NCBI GenBank assembly: GCA_050181915.1
Contig: JBFXCS010000002.1
Location: forward strand, 481,820 to 513,819
Direction of reading: 5' to 3'
DNA: 32,000 nt
From: Thermoleophilia bacterium
Lineage (GTDB): Bacteria; Actinomycetota; Thermoleophilia; Miltoncostaeales; Miltoncostaeaceae
Below are positions 1 to 8,318 of this stretch, piece by piece (the stretch's first letter is position 1; each line of letters opens with the position of its first letter). Under the pieces are notes generated by a model. It searched no databases. It had not been told where the DNA came from and saw nothing but the letters and a program-made list of their open reading frames with translations. The translations under genes and the position numbers were made by a program.

Positions 1-603
1 GTCCTCCCCGGGGTCGTCGAGCGGACCGACGCGCTGCGGCGGGGGGCGCCGCTCATGGCCGCGACGGTGGTCGTCGTGCTCACCGGCGCGGCGGCGACCC
101 AGCTGCTGGGGTTCCACCCGGCGATCGGGGCCGTCATCGCGGGCTTCTTCTTCCCCGGGGGCCTCCCAGACGCGGCGTCGCGGCGAACGCTCACCTCGGT
201 GATCGACGTGCTGCTGCCGGCCTTCTTCGTCAGCGCGGCGATGTCGGTACCGCTGCAGGCGATTCGCGACCAGGCGACCTGGGGCGGGCTGTGGTGCGCG
301 ACCGTTCTCGCGGTCGCCGCCTTCGCGTCGAAGCTCGTGGCCGGCGCCGTGTTCGGCGCTCTCCACCGCTGGCCGTGGCGGTCGTCCGGCGAGCTCGGCG
401 TGCTGCTGAACTGCCGCGGCGTCACCGAGATCGCCATCGCCTCGGTGGGCTTCCAGGCCGGCGTGATCGGCCCGTTCGCCTACGCGACCCTGTGCGGCCT
501 GGCGATCGCGACGACCGCGGCGACGGCGCCGCTCTACCGCGCCCTGGCCGTGGAGGAGGCCCACGTCATGAGCCGGCGCGAGCTGACCCGCATCGGCTCA
601 TGA
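1..603 (+). CDS. cation:proton antiporter (Na+/H+ exchanger family), C-terminal part; 5' end lies outside the window
   Basis: Frame 1 is open from nt 1, with no stop before the listed Met at 55. The product is almost entirely hydrophobic helices and contains LLNCRGVTEIAIASVG, which resembles CPA-type exchangers. GC3 is high. Confidence 0.6.
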   Translation, partial: VLPGVVERTDALRRGAPLMAATVVVVLTGAAATQLLGFHPAIGAVIAGFFFPGGLPDAASRRTLTSVIDVLLPAFFVSAAMSVPLQAIRDQATWGGLWCATVLAVAAFASKLVAGAVFGALHRWPWRSSGELGVLLNCRGVTEIAIASVGFQAGVIGPFAYATLCGLAIATTAATAPLYRALAVEEAHVMSRRELTRIGS

Positions 604-622
604 CGTCGGGTCCCCCGCCGGC

Positions 623-1108
623 TCAGGCGGCCAGCAGGGCGTCGATCTGGCCCATGGCGGCCCGCATGCCCTCCTCGGCTCCCATGTCGATGATCTGCTG
701 CATCTGCTCGCGCGAGTCGAAGACCGACCGCACCTCCATGCGGGTGCCGGCGTCGCGCGCCGCGAGCGTGACGTGCACGGTCATGGTCGGCATGGTGTCG
801 GAGGGGTTGCCGTCGGCGTCGGCGAAGCCGTCGACGAAATCGAGCGAGGTGGGCGGGCTCACCGAGGTGATCCGCCACCAGCCGCGGGAGCGATCGCCCT
901 CCGGGCCGGTCATGAAGTAGCTGACGGCGCCGCCGGGGGTGAGGTCGTGGGCCTCGACCGTCGCCGGGTAGGTGGGAGGCCCCCACCAGCGCTCGAGCTG
1001 GCGCGGATCGGCCCACAGCTGCCAGACGCGCTCGACCGGCGCGTCGAGGTCGGCGACCACCGTCAGCGTGAGGGTGTCGAAGTCCTTGTCGACGCTGGTG
1101 ACGCTCAT
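623..1108 (-). CDS. SRPBCC / AHSA1 (Aha1-like) domain protein
   Basis: Real start is the internal ATG at 1106-1108 (MSVTSVDKDFDTLTLTVV...), preceded by the RBS GGGAGAG. The upstream part of the 280-aa ORF is Arg/Pro junk. VERVWQLWADPRQLERWWGP is typical of Aha1-type SRPBCC proteins. ATGA overlap with the ArsR gene stop. Confidence 0.75.
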   Translation of the reverse strand: MSVTSVDKDFDTLTLTVVADLDAPVERVWQLWADPRQLERWWGPPTYPATVEAHDLTPGGAVSYFMTGPEGDRSRGWWRITSVSPPTSLDFVDGFADADGNPSDTMPTMTVHVTLAARDAGTRMEVRSVFDSREQMQQIIDMGAEEGMRAAMGQIDALLAA

Positions 1109-1479
1109 CTCTCCCGTCCTTCCGTCGCAGTGGTCTCGCCCGGGGCGGGCGGGCGCGCCAGCAGATCGGCCATGCGGTCGATGCGGCCGCGCCAGGTCTC
1201 CTCCAGATCGTCGAGGGCGCGCCGGGTGCGGCGTATCGCCTCCGGCTCGCTGCGCACGAGCTGCTCGCGCCCGCGGCGCTCCTTGGTGACGAGGCCGGCG
1301 CGCTCCAGCACCGCGACGTGCTTCTGCACCGCGGCGAAGCTCATCGGGTACGCCTCGGCCAGCCGCGACACCGACAGGTCGCCGACGGCGCAGCGGCGGA
1401 CGATGTCGCGCCGGGTGGCGTCGCCCAGGGCGCGGAACACGTGGTCGACCGCCTCGTCCGTCCATTCACCTACAACCAT
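1105..1479 (-). CDS. ArsR/SmtB-family winged-helix transcriptional regulator
   Basis: Start ATG at 1477-1479 (MVVGEWTDEAVDHVFRALGDATRRDIVRRC...SVSRLAEAYPMSFAAVQKHVAVLERAGLV), a classic ArsR HTH. Translationally coupled to the SRPBCC gene, a common actinobacterial pair. Confidence 0.85.
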   Translation of the reverse strand: MVVGEWTDEAVDHVFRALGDATRRDIVRRCAVGDLSVSRLAEAYPMSFAAVQKHVAVLERAGLVTKERRGREQLVRSEPEAIRRTRRALDDLEETWRGRIDRMADLLARPPAPGETTATEGRER

Positions 1480-1488
1480 ATGGTTGTA
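1471..1488. promoter_or_regulatory. perfect 18-bp palindrome TACAACCATATGGTTGTA, candidate ArsR operator
   Basis: Perfect inverted repeat covering the ArsR start codon. It lies in the 78-bp divergent region between the ArsR gene and the NmrA-like gene. Confidence 0.5.
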
Positions 1489-1557
1489 CGTTAGCACAGG
1501 CGAAACCGTCTCGGATCGCGGCGAGACTTTCGCCGCAGGTGCCGTCAGGATGGCCCC

Positions 1558-2424
1558 ATGAGCGCTCCGTCCCGCACTCCCGGCACGCGCGCCGTCCTCG
1601 TCACCGGCGCCACCGGCCAGGTCGGCCGCCACCTCGTCGCCGAGCTGCTCGCCGCCGGGGCGGGCGTGCGCGCCCTCACCCGCTCCCCCGAGTCGGCCGG
1701 CCTGCCCGAGGGCGTGGAGGTGGTCGGCGGCTCGTTCTCCGACCTGCCCGACGGAGTGTTCGACGGGGTGGACGCCACCTTCGTGTTCCCGGCCGACGGC
1801 GCCGGCGACTTCGCCCGGGCGGCGGCGGCGGCCGGCGTCCGCCATCTGGTCCTGCTGTCCTCGCTCGCCGCCGCGCTGGAGCACGAGCGCGACCGCGGCT
1901 CGGCCAGCCAGGTGCACCACGCCGCGATCGAGGCGGAGGTGACCGGCAGCGGCGCGGCGTGGACGATCCTGCGCCCGGGCACGTTCGCCGGCAACCTGCT
2001 GTCGTGGGCGCAGCCGATCCGGTACGCCGGCGGGGTCACCGGCCCCTACCCCACCTCGGCGCAGGCGCCGATCCACGAGGCCGACGTCGCCGCCGCGGCG
2101 GCGGTCGCGCTGACCCGGCCCGGCCACGAGGGCCGCATCTACCCGATGACCGGGCCCGAGGCGCTGAGCCGCACCGACCAGCTCGCCGCGATCGGCGCCG
2201 CGATCGGGCGCGACCTGACCTTCACCGAGAGCACGCCGGAGGAGTTCCGCGCCGAGATGGCCGGTTACGGCGTGGGCGAGCCGATCATCGCGATGCTGCT
2301 CGACTACTGGCGCGACACAGTCGACGAGCCGGACGTGGTGCGCTCGACCGAGCCGCTCACCGGGCGGCCGGGCCGCACCCTCGCCGAGTGGGCCCGGGAC
2401 CACGCGGCCGACTTCGGCGGCTGA
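1558..2424 (+). CDS. NmrA-like / atypical SDR NAD(P)H-binding protein
   Basis: N-terminal Rossmann motif VLVTGATGQVGRHLVAELL; length and pattern fit the NmrA/HSCARG family; high GC3. Confidence 0.8.
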   Translation: MSAPSRTPGTRAVLVTGATGQVGRHLVAELLAAGAGVRALTRSPESAGLPEGVEVVGGSFSDLPDGVFDGVDATFVFPADGAGDFARAAAAAGVRHLVLLSSLAAALEHERDRGSASQVHHAAIEAEVTGSGAAWTILRPGTFAGNLLSWAQPIRYAGGVTGPYPTSAQAPIHEADVAAAAAVALTRPGHEGRIYPMTGPEALSRTDQLAAIGAAIGRDLTFTESTPEEFRAEMAGYGVGEPIIAMLLDYWRDTVDEPDVVRSTEPLTGRPGRTLAEWARDHAADFGG

Positions 2425-2439
2425 GCCCGCGACGAAGAA

Positions 2440-2468
2440 ACCCTGCCCACCGTCGCCGGGGGCAGGGT
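2440..2468 (+). terminator. stem-loop (ACCCTGCCC / GGGCAGGGT, 11-nt loop) after the NmrA-like gene
   Basis: 9-bp perfect stem 16 nt after the stop codon. No U-tract, as is common in actinobacteria. Confidence 0.35.
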
Positions 2469-2488
2469 CGGAACCTCGACCGGATGAA

Positions 2489-2561
2489 TGGAGCTAAGGG
2501 GATTCGAACCCCTGACCTCCTGGGTGCGATCCAGGCGCTCTCCCAGCTGAGCTATAGCCCC
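2489..2561 (-). tRNA. tRNA-Ala (anticodon CGC)
   Basis: 73-nt cloverleaf. Acceptor GGGGCTA/TAGCTCC with the G3:U70 alanine identity pair, anticodon loop AT-CGC-AC, T arm GGGGTTCGAATCCCC. No encoded CCA. Confidence 0.95.
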
Positions 2562-2636
2562 GGGTCCGCCTAGTGTAGCCGTCCCGCCGCGCCGCCGGGA
2601 AACGCCCGGAGCGGCGCTCCACTACCCTCCGCCTCC

Positions 2637-3395
2637 GTGATCGACCTGCTCGCCAACCCCCTGCCCGCGACCGGCTCGGGTTCCCGGGGGGATGCCCGGG
2701 CGCTCGCCGCGGCGCGCGACGCCGAGGACGCCGGGGTGACCATGATGGTGTGCGCTCCGCCGCTCGCGGCGATGGCGCCCGCCGACGTCCACGCCGCGGT
2801 GGAGCGCCTGGCGGGCGCTCTCGGGCGGGCCGGGTCCGGGCTGCGCCTCGCCGCCGCGTCGGTGGTGCCGGTGGAGGGGCTCGCGCGCCTGGGCGACGAC
2901 GACCTGCGGGCCGCCAGCCTGGACGGCGCCGGCCGGTGGCTGCTGCTGCGGCTGCCCGAGCGCGGGTGGCCTCTGAGCCTGCCGTCGGCGCTCGCCGATC
3001 TGGAGATCCGGGGCTACCGCGCCATCGTCGCGGGGCCGGAGCGCGCCGACGCGGTGCAGCGCTCCCCCGACCGCCTGCGCGAGGCGGTGGGCCGCGGCGC
3101 CCTCGTGCTCATCACCGCGGCGGCGCTGTCGGGCGCGGACGGGCCGGCCCCGCAGCGCACAGCGACGGCGCTCATCCGCGGCGCATCAGCGCACCTGATC
3201 GGATCGGGCGCATCGGCCCCCGGCGCCCCCGGCCTGGCGGACGGCCTGGCGGTGGCCGCCCGGGCGGCCGGCGTCTATCCCGAGGCCCTGTCGTGGATGG
3301 TCGACGCCGGGCCCGAGGCGATCCTGGAGGGCCGCCCGGTCAGGCCGCCGCGCCTGGGCGGCCGCGCCGTGCACCCCCGCGCCGCGGGGAGCTGA
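2637..3395 (+). CDS. CpsB/YwqE-like PHP-fold protein with degenerate metal-binding motifs (probable pseudo-phosphatase)
   Basis: GTG start. The N-terminus MIDLLANPLP aligns with the MIDIHxHILP of CpsB-type tyrosine phosphatases, but the His residues are replaced. Later blocks behave the same way (GVTMMVCAPP, WLLLRLPE, IVAGPERAD, HLIGSGAS). Convergent with galE. Confidence 0.45.
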   Translation: MIDLLANPLPATGSGSRGDARALAAARDAEDAGVTMMVCAPPLAAMAPADVHAAVERLAGALGRAGSGLRLAAASVVPVEGLARLGDDDLRAASLDGAGRWLLLRLPERGWPLSLPSALADLEIRGYRAIVAGPERADAVQRSPDRLREAVGRGALVLITAAALSGADGPAPQRTATALIRGASAHLIGSGASAPGAPGLADGLAVAARAAGVYPEALSWMVDAGPEAILEGRPVRPPRLGGRAVHPRAAGS

Positions 3396-3406
3396 TTCAG
3401 GCTGAG

Positions 3407-4417
3407 CTACAGCGCCAGGCGGGCCCCGTCGGCGGGCGCCCCGCCGTGCACCGCCAGCTGGTGCTGCCACGCCTCCCAGGCGCTCTCGACCATCTCGTCC
3501 AGGTCGAGGCGGGCCGTCCAGCCGAGATCGGCGGCGATGCGGTCGACCGCTCCGACGATGCGCGCCGGGTCGCCGGCGCGCCGGGGCCGGATCTCCGGCT
3601 CGACGTCCACGCCGGCGACGCGCAGCATCGCCCCGATCACCTCCAGCACCGACGCGCCCTCGCCGCGGCCCACGTTGTACGCGGGCGCCACGGGCGCGCC
3701 CGTGGCCAGGTGGTGGGCCGCCGCGACGTGGGCGTCGGCGAGGTCGACCACGTGGACGTAGTCGCGCACGCACGAGCCGTCGGGGGTGGGGTAGTCGATC
3801 CCGTTGACGCTGGGCGCCTCGCCGCGCGAGAGGGCGCGGAACACCTTGGGGAACAGGTTGTGCGGGCTGTGGTCGGCCAGGTGCGGAGGCCCCGATCCGA
3901 CGACGTTGAAGTAGCGCAGCGAGGTCTGGCGCAGCGTGGGCCGCACCACGGCCAGGTCGCGCAGCAGCCACTCGCTGACCACCTTGCTCTGGCCGTAGGG
4001 GCTCTCGGGCCGCGGCGGGGCGTCCTCGTCCACCACCTCGGCGTCGGGGGTGCCGTACCACGAGGCGCTCGACGACAGCAGGAAGCGGTCGATGCCGCGC
4101 TCGGCGACCGCCTCCAGCAGCACCTGCATGCCGGTGACGTTCTGACGGAAGAAGAGCAGGGGCTGCTCCACCGAGACGCCGGCGTACTTGAGGCCGGCGA
4201 GGTGGACGACGCCGGTGACGCCGTGGTCGTCGATCGCGCGGGCGACGGCGGCGGGGTCGGTGACCGAGCCCTCGACGAAGGGGACGTCGTCGGGCACGTA
4301 GCCGCGGAAGCCGGTGGAGAGGTCGTCCAGCACCACGACGGGCGTGCCCGCGCGTTGGAAGGCGAGCACGATGTGCGAGCCGATGTAGCCGGCGCCGCCG
4401 GTCAGCAGCCAGGTCAC
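3407..4417 (-). CDS. galE: UDP-glucose 4-epimerase
   Basis: MTWLLTGGAGYIGSH Rossmann motif, SSSASWYG...PESPYGQSK (catalytic YxxxK); 336 aa. Confidence 0.9.
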   Translation of the reverse strand: MTWLLTGGAGYIGSHIVLAFQRAGTPVVVLDDLSTGFRGYVPDDVPFVEGSVTDPAAVARAIDDHGVTGVVHLAGLKYAGVSVEQPLLFFRQNVTGMQVLLEAVAERGIDRFLLSSSASWYGTPDAEVVDEDAPPRPESPYGQSKVVSEWLLRDLAVVRPTLRQTSLRYFNVVGSGPPHLADHSPHNLFPKVFRALSRGEAPSVNGIDYPTPDGSCVRDYVHVVDLADAHVAAAHHLATGAPVAPAYNVGRGEGASVLEVIGAMLRVAGVDVEPEIRPRRAGDPARIVGAVDRIAADLGWTARLDLDEMVESAWEAWQHQLAVHGGAPADGARLAL

Positions 4418-4538
4418 GGGCGGCCCGGGGCCGGGAACGGTGCGGTCACGCTGGTACCTTTCGGTCGATGGCTGGCGGTTCTCCAGCGGCCCGCAGCATG
4501 GCCCACCCCACGACAGGCGACAACGCCCGGATAGGCCA

Positions 4539-4718
4539 GTGAGCGCTCCCCGTGAGGATGGCGCCGCGCCGAGCGTCTACGCGCGGCTGGCGGCCGAGGA
4601 GGAGATCCGCTTCGTGCGCCGCACCCCGCCGCGCAGCGCGCGCTGGGTGGGGATGGCGCTGTGCCTCGCCATCGCCGTGGTGATCCTGATGGCCGCGCTG
4701 CGGGTCCACCCCTGGTAA
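4539..4718 (+). CDS. small membrane protein (one TM helix), function unknown
   Basis: GC3 becomes high only from the in-frame GTG at 4539; the ATG at 4440 sits in low-GC3 sequence. The C-terminal WVGMALCLAIAVVILMAAL is a TM helix. The stop overlaps the tmk 5' region. Confidence 0.35.
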   Translation: MSAPREDGAAPSVYARLAAEEEIRFVRRTPPRSARWVGMALCLAIAVVILMAALRVHPW

Positions 4719-5326
4719 CTCCCCGCTTCATCGCCCTCGAGGGTATCGACGGCAGCGGAAAGAGCACGCAGGCGCGGTTGCTCGCCGATGCGCTGGAGGA
4801 GCGCGGCATCGCCGTGGAGCGCACCCGCGAGCCGGGCGGCACGGTGCTGGGCGAGCGCGTCCGCGAGCTGGTGCTGTCGGGGCTGCCCGGCGAGATCGGC
4901 CTGGTGGCCGAGGCGCACCTGTTCGCCGCCGCCCGCGCCGAGCTGATGGACCGCGTGGTCGGGCCGTCGCTCACCGCCGGCCGGTGGGTGGTCACCGATC
5001 GCTTCATCGACTCGTCGCTCGCCTACCAGGGAGCGGCCCGCGGCCTCGGCATCGACCTCGTGCTCGGCATCAACCGCAGCGCGGTGGGCAGCCGCCTTCC
5101 GGACCTGTCGCTGGTGATCGACCTGCCGCCCTCGCTGGCGACGACGCGCCGCTGCGCCTCGGCGGACCGCATCGAGGCGGAGGGCGACGGCTTCCAGGCG
5201 CGCGTCGCCGCGGGGTACCGGGAGCTGGCGCGGCGCTTCCCAGACCGGGTGCGGCTGGTGCCCGGTGAGGGCGACGTGCAGGAGGTGCACGCCCGCGTGC
5301 TGGCCGCCGTCGGGATCTTCCCGTGA
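4661..5326 (+). CDS. tmk: dTMP (thymidylate) kinase
   Basis: FIALEGIDGSGKSTQ P-loop and RTREPGGT, DRF..SSLAYQG motifs. The ATG at 4661 is the only canonical start, but codons 4661-4711 have poor GC3, so the true start may lie near 4712. Confidence 0.85.
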   Translation: MPRHRRGDPDGRAAGPPLVTPRFIALEGIDGSGKSTQARLLADALEERGIAVERTREPGGTVLGERVRELVLSGLPGEIGLVAEAHLFAAARAELMDRVVGPSLTAGRWVVTDRFIDSSLAYQGAARGLGIDLVLGINRSAVGSRLPDLSLVIDLPPSLATTRRCASADRIEAEGDGFQARVAAGYRELARRFPDRVRLVPGEGDVQEVHARVLAAVGIFP

Positions 5327-6363
5327 TCGAGGTGGCGGGACAGCCGCTGGCGCAGCGCATCCTGCGCGCGGCGCTGGGCCGGGAGCGCCCGCCGCAGCAG
5401 CTGCTGATGCTGGGCCCGGCGGGGACCGGCAAGCGGCGGGCGGCCCACGACGCGGCCTGGGAGCTGATGGATCCCGGCGGCGGCCACCGCCGCACCGACG
5501 GGGCGCTCGACCTGACCGAGGTGAGGGCCACCGGCCAGCAGATCCTGCTGCGCGATCTGGAGGCCGCCCTCGCCCAGATCGCCGGGCGGCCGCAGGTGCT
5601 GGCGCGGCGGGTGATGATCGTAGAGGACGCCGACCGGCTGACGATGCGCGACGGCGCCCCGCGGTTGCTGAAGACGCTGGAGGAGCCGCCGCCGCTGTCG
5701 CACATCATCCTGGTGACGGACAACCCGGCGGACGTGCTCGACACGATCCGGTCGCGGTGCCTTCCGGTGCCCTTCCGCGAGGGCAGCTGGCGGTCGCGGG
5801 CCGACGCCGAGGGGCCGTTCGCCGCCGCGATGCGGGCGATCGGGGTGGACCTCGGCCTCACCGCGCTGGCGGGCGAGGGGGACCCGGGCGGGCAGGCGGC
5901 GCGCATCCAGGAGCGCATGGACGCGGCGGCCGACGGCCATCCGTCGCCGGAGCTCGAGCGGCTGAGGGCCGAGGCGGCGGCCCTGGAGGGCAAGCGCGGC
6001 GGTCGCACCGCCGCGAAGCGGGCGGAGGATCAGGAGAAGCGCGAGCGCCGGCGCCTGGTGACGGACGGCTGGACGCTGGTGCTGGACGCCGCCGCCGCCC
6101 TCACCGGCGATGCGCTCGCCGTCGCCGTGGGGGCGGAGCGGGTGGTGCGCCACCCCGAGCACCTCGACGCGCTGCGCGAGGTGGCGATCCCCGAGCGCCA
6201 GGCCGCCCTGGAGCGGATGGTGGAGGAGATCCAGCTCGCCCGCTCAGAGCTCAGGCTGAACCCGAACGTCGAGCTGGCCGCCGAGGCGCTGCTGGTACGC
6301 CTCGCCGCCGCCCGGCGCGGACACGCCGGGCGGCTGGTCGGGCACGGCAGGCTGCCCTTCTAA
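5323..6363 (+). CDS. holB: DNA polymerase III delta' subunit
   Basis: GTGA overlap with the tmk stop. AAA+ clamp-loader motifs LLMLGPAGTGKRRAA, VMIVEDADRL, LLKTLEEPP, SRC (IRSRCLPVPF). Confidence 0.8.
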   Translation: MIEVAGQPLAQRILRAALGRERPPQQLLMLGPAGTGKRRAAHDAAWELMDPGGGHRRTDGALDLTEVRATGQQILLRDLEAALAQIAGRPQVLARRVMIVEDADRLTMRDGAPRLLKTLEEPPPLSHIILVTDNPADVLDTIRSRCLPVPFREGSWRSRADAEGPFAAAMRAIGVDLGLTALAGEGDPGGQAARIQERMDAAADGHPSPELERLRAEAAALEGKRGGRTAAKRAEDQEKRERRRLVTDGWTLVLDAAAALTGDALAVAVGAERVVRHPEHLDALREVAIPERQAALERMVEEIQLARSELRLNPNVELAAEALLVRLAAARRGHAGRLVGHGRLPF

Positions 6364-7049
6364 CGGATGACGTAGGTGGCGCTGCGCGAGGCCGTGGTGC
6401 GGCCGTCGCTCACGGTCGCGCGCACCGTCCAGGTGCCGGGCGTGATCGGGTCGCCCGCCTTCTGCGACTTCGAGCGCAGCACGGTGCTGATGCGGAAGGG
6501 CTTGGAGGGGTAGAGCGGGCGGCCCCAGCCGATGACCTCCTGGGTCCAGCGGATGAGCCGGCCGTCGCGGTACACCTCGGTGCGGTGGGTGAGGCGCGAC
6601 GCGTTGCTGGCGAACACGTAGGCGCCCCGCACGTCGGCGCCGCGCCGCGACAGCCCCCCGCGCACGATCGACAGCTCCCGCGGCACCGTGATCTTGCGCA
6701 CCGGGCCGACGACCCAGTTGGCGTCAGTCGTCTCGGCGGGCGGCCGCGCCTTCACCAGCCAGTACCAGGTGCCGGGCGGCAGCGCCCGGGCCGACCGGAA
6801 GGGCGACTTCCCGCCGCCCAGGTACAGCGGGTCGGTGGCGAAGCCGGTCTCGTCCACCTGGGGCGAGGTGCTGAACCACACCGACGCGCCCGTCTCGCCG
6901 GGGGCGAGGGTGTACTCGAAGTCGGCACCCGCGTTGACGGTGGCGCCGTTCGCCGGCGCCACCGATGTGACCGCGCCGGCCGTCGCGGGCATCCATGCCA
7001 CCCCTGCGAGCGCCAACCCCAGCGCCCCACGTCGGATCCCACGATTCAC
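6360..7049 (-). CDS. secreted hypothetical protein
   Basis: N-terminal signal peptide MNRGIRRGALGLALAGVAWMPATAGA; high GC3; no recognisable catalytic motif. Confidence 0.6.
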   Translation of the reverse strand: MNRGIRRGALGLALAGVAWMPATAGAVTSVAPANGATVNAGADFEYTLAPGETGASVWFSTSPQVDETGFATDPLYLGGGKSPFRSARALPPGTWYWLVKARPPAETTDANWVVGPVRKITVPRELSIVRGGLSRRGADVRGAYVFASNASRLTHRTEVYRDGRLIRWTQEVIGWGRPLYPSKPFRISTVLRSKSQKAGDPITPGTWTVRATVSDGRTTASRSATYVIR

Positions 7050-7209
7050 GTCCCGCCTCCCGTCCCGAGCTCTACGGCAGGCCCCATCTTCGACGCCCGG
7101 CGGCGGATCCCGTTGCAGAAGGGATTGCGGATCGCCGGTCAGCGGGGCGCCTGCCTCGATCGGCCACGGGCCGCTATCCTTCTCGGCCGCGGCTCCACGG
7201 GGAGCCCGC

Positions 7210-7282
7210 GCCGACGTAGCTCAGCTGGTAGAGCACTTCACTCGTAATGAAGGGGTCCGGGGTTCGAGTCCCCGCGTCGGCT
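7210..7282 (+). tRNA. tRNA-Thr (anticodon CGT)
   Basis: 73-nt cloverleaf. Acceptor GCCGACG/CGTCGGC, D arm AGCTCAGCTGGTAGAGC, anticodon loop CT-CGT-AA, T arm CGGGGTTCGAGTCCCCG. No encoded CCA. Confidence 0.95.
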
Positions 7283-7973
7283 CTACGATCTCGGGCCGTG
7301 AATGGCCAAGCCCCCGCCAATGCCCCCGCCTTTTCCATCGAGAGGCCGTCGGACCCCGCCTCCCGCGGCCCCCATCGACCACCGTCATCTGCACGAAGTC
7401 GTTCATCGCGAAGTAGGTGCGCGTGGCCCGCACCCGGTGGACCCGTCCGCGGCGCCAGCGCTCCGGCACGTGGCCGGCCAGCTTCACCGGATCAGCGCTG
7501 TAGGCGACCATCGCCAGTGGATCCCGGATCGCCTCCGCCCACGCCCTCCCACCGCCCAGCACGCCCGCCCAGGCGCGATGTGCCACCTCCTGCGCCTGAT
7601 CCGCCTGCTCGGCCCGGACGCCCTTCACCAGCAGGTGCAGGTGCGGCGCCCCGTCCAGATGCAGGACCGCGCAGTCCTGCCAGCCGGTGGCCAGCACCCT
7701 GCCGGCGGCCCTGACCCGCTCCAGCGCCCGCCTCACGTCCGCCAACGCCGGCAGGGGCCGCGGCATCGTCAGGGTGAGGGCGACCGTCGGCGGGTCGCGG
7801 CGGGCGTCATCGAGCAGCCGTCGGCGCCAGGCCCGGCCCTTCGCCGGCCCGCAGGCGGGGCAGGTCCAATGCCCGCACCGCACCCGCCGCACGACCCGCC
7901 CGCTCGGCGAGCGCTCGATCCACGGAGACGGGCACCGGGGCCGTCCCCGTACATCCTCTCCCTTAGCCCCCAC
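7221..7973 (-). CDS. RepSA/HUH-type replication initiator-like protein, probably 3'-disrupted
   Basis: Zinc-knuckle-like CGHWTCPACG, followed by VALTLTMP and an HUH-like APHLHLLVKG. GC3 collapses after about 7375, and the frame only stops inside tRNA-Thr (C-terminal EPTRGLEPRTPSLRVKCSTS is antisense tRNA). The start is ambiguous: GTG at 7973, while a strong RBS plus ATG at 7952-7954 is in another frame. Confidence 0.5.
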   Translation of the reverse strand: MGAKGEDVRGRPRCPSPWIERSPSGRVVRRVRCGHWTCPACGPAKGRAWRRRLLDDARRDPPTVALTLTMPRPLPALADVRRALERVRAAGRVLATGWQDCAVLHLDGAPHLHLLVKGVRAEQADQAQEVAHRAWAGVLGGGRAWAEAIRDPLAMVAYSADPVKLAGHVPERWRRGRVHRVRATRTYFAMNDFVQMTVVDGGRGRRGPTASRWKRRGHWRGLGHSRPEIVEPTRGLEPRTPSLRVKCSTS

Positions 7974-7988
7974 GGCCGGGGCCCCGCT

Positions 7989-8318
7989 CTACGCCCGCGC
8001 CCTCTCACGGCGTGGTCGATCCAACCGCACAGAGGCCTCGACCTCGGATCGCAGCAACAGCAGCCGGCCGCCCTGCTTGTGCGCCGTGAGTGCCCCGGTG
8101 TAGATCCGGTCACGGACCTGCGCGGCCGTGAGCCGCAAGTGCTCGCCCGCCTCGCTGGTCGTCATGTAGGGCGACTTCGTCGGCGCCGTGTCCGGGGTCG
8201 TGGTGATCTCGGCCACCTGGCGCTGCACCTCGGCGCGGACGATCTCGGCCACCTGGCGCTGCACCTCGGTGGCGATGAGGTCCGCGAGGCCGTCCAGGAT
8301 CGCCTCGGCCGGGGTCAC
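7989..8318 (-). CDS. excisionase-family (MerR-like) helix-turn-helix DNA-binding protein
   Basis: YMTTSEAGEHLRLTAAQVRDRIYTGALTAHKQGGRLLLLRSEV matches the excisionase/HTH_17 pattern. GTGA overlap with the upstream gene. Confidence 0.65.
   Translation of the reverse strand: MTPAEAILDGLADLIATEVQRQVAEIVRAEVQRQVAEITTTPDTAPTKSPYMTTSEAGEHLRLTAAQVRDRIYTGALTAHKQGGRLLLLRSEVEASVRLDRPRRERARA
8205..8276. repeat. 36-bp in-frame tandem duplication (2 copies)
   Basis: GATCTCGGCCACCTGGCGCTGCACCTCGG occurs at 8205-8233 and again at 8241-8269, 29/29 identical. It encodes the duplicated peptide EVQRQVAEI in the excisionase-like protein. Confidence 0.9.

Noticed and set aside
2750-4534. Very long ORFs with Arg/Pro/Gly-rich translations. 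Examples: 2750-4534 +, 5265-7247 +, 16317-19427 +, 28485-31442 +, 20622-22010 -, 24694-26184 -, and the upstream extensions of 623-1465 and 1105-2403.
   Set aside because: They lie antisense or off-frame to genes with clear family motifs. They have the compositional signature of non-coding frames in high-GC DNA and show no recognisable domains.
7891-7954. A strong RBS (AAGGGAGAGG) plus ATG at 7952-7954 opening a 61-codon frame inside the Rep-like gene start region.
   Set aside because: The translation is low-complexity and has poorer GC3 than the Rep frame. It may instead indicate that the Rep-like gene has suffered a 5' frameshift, which I cannot resolve.
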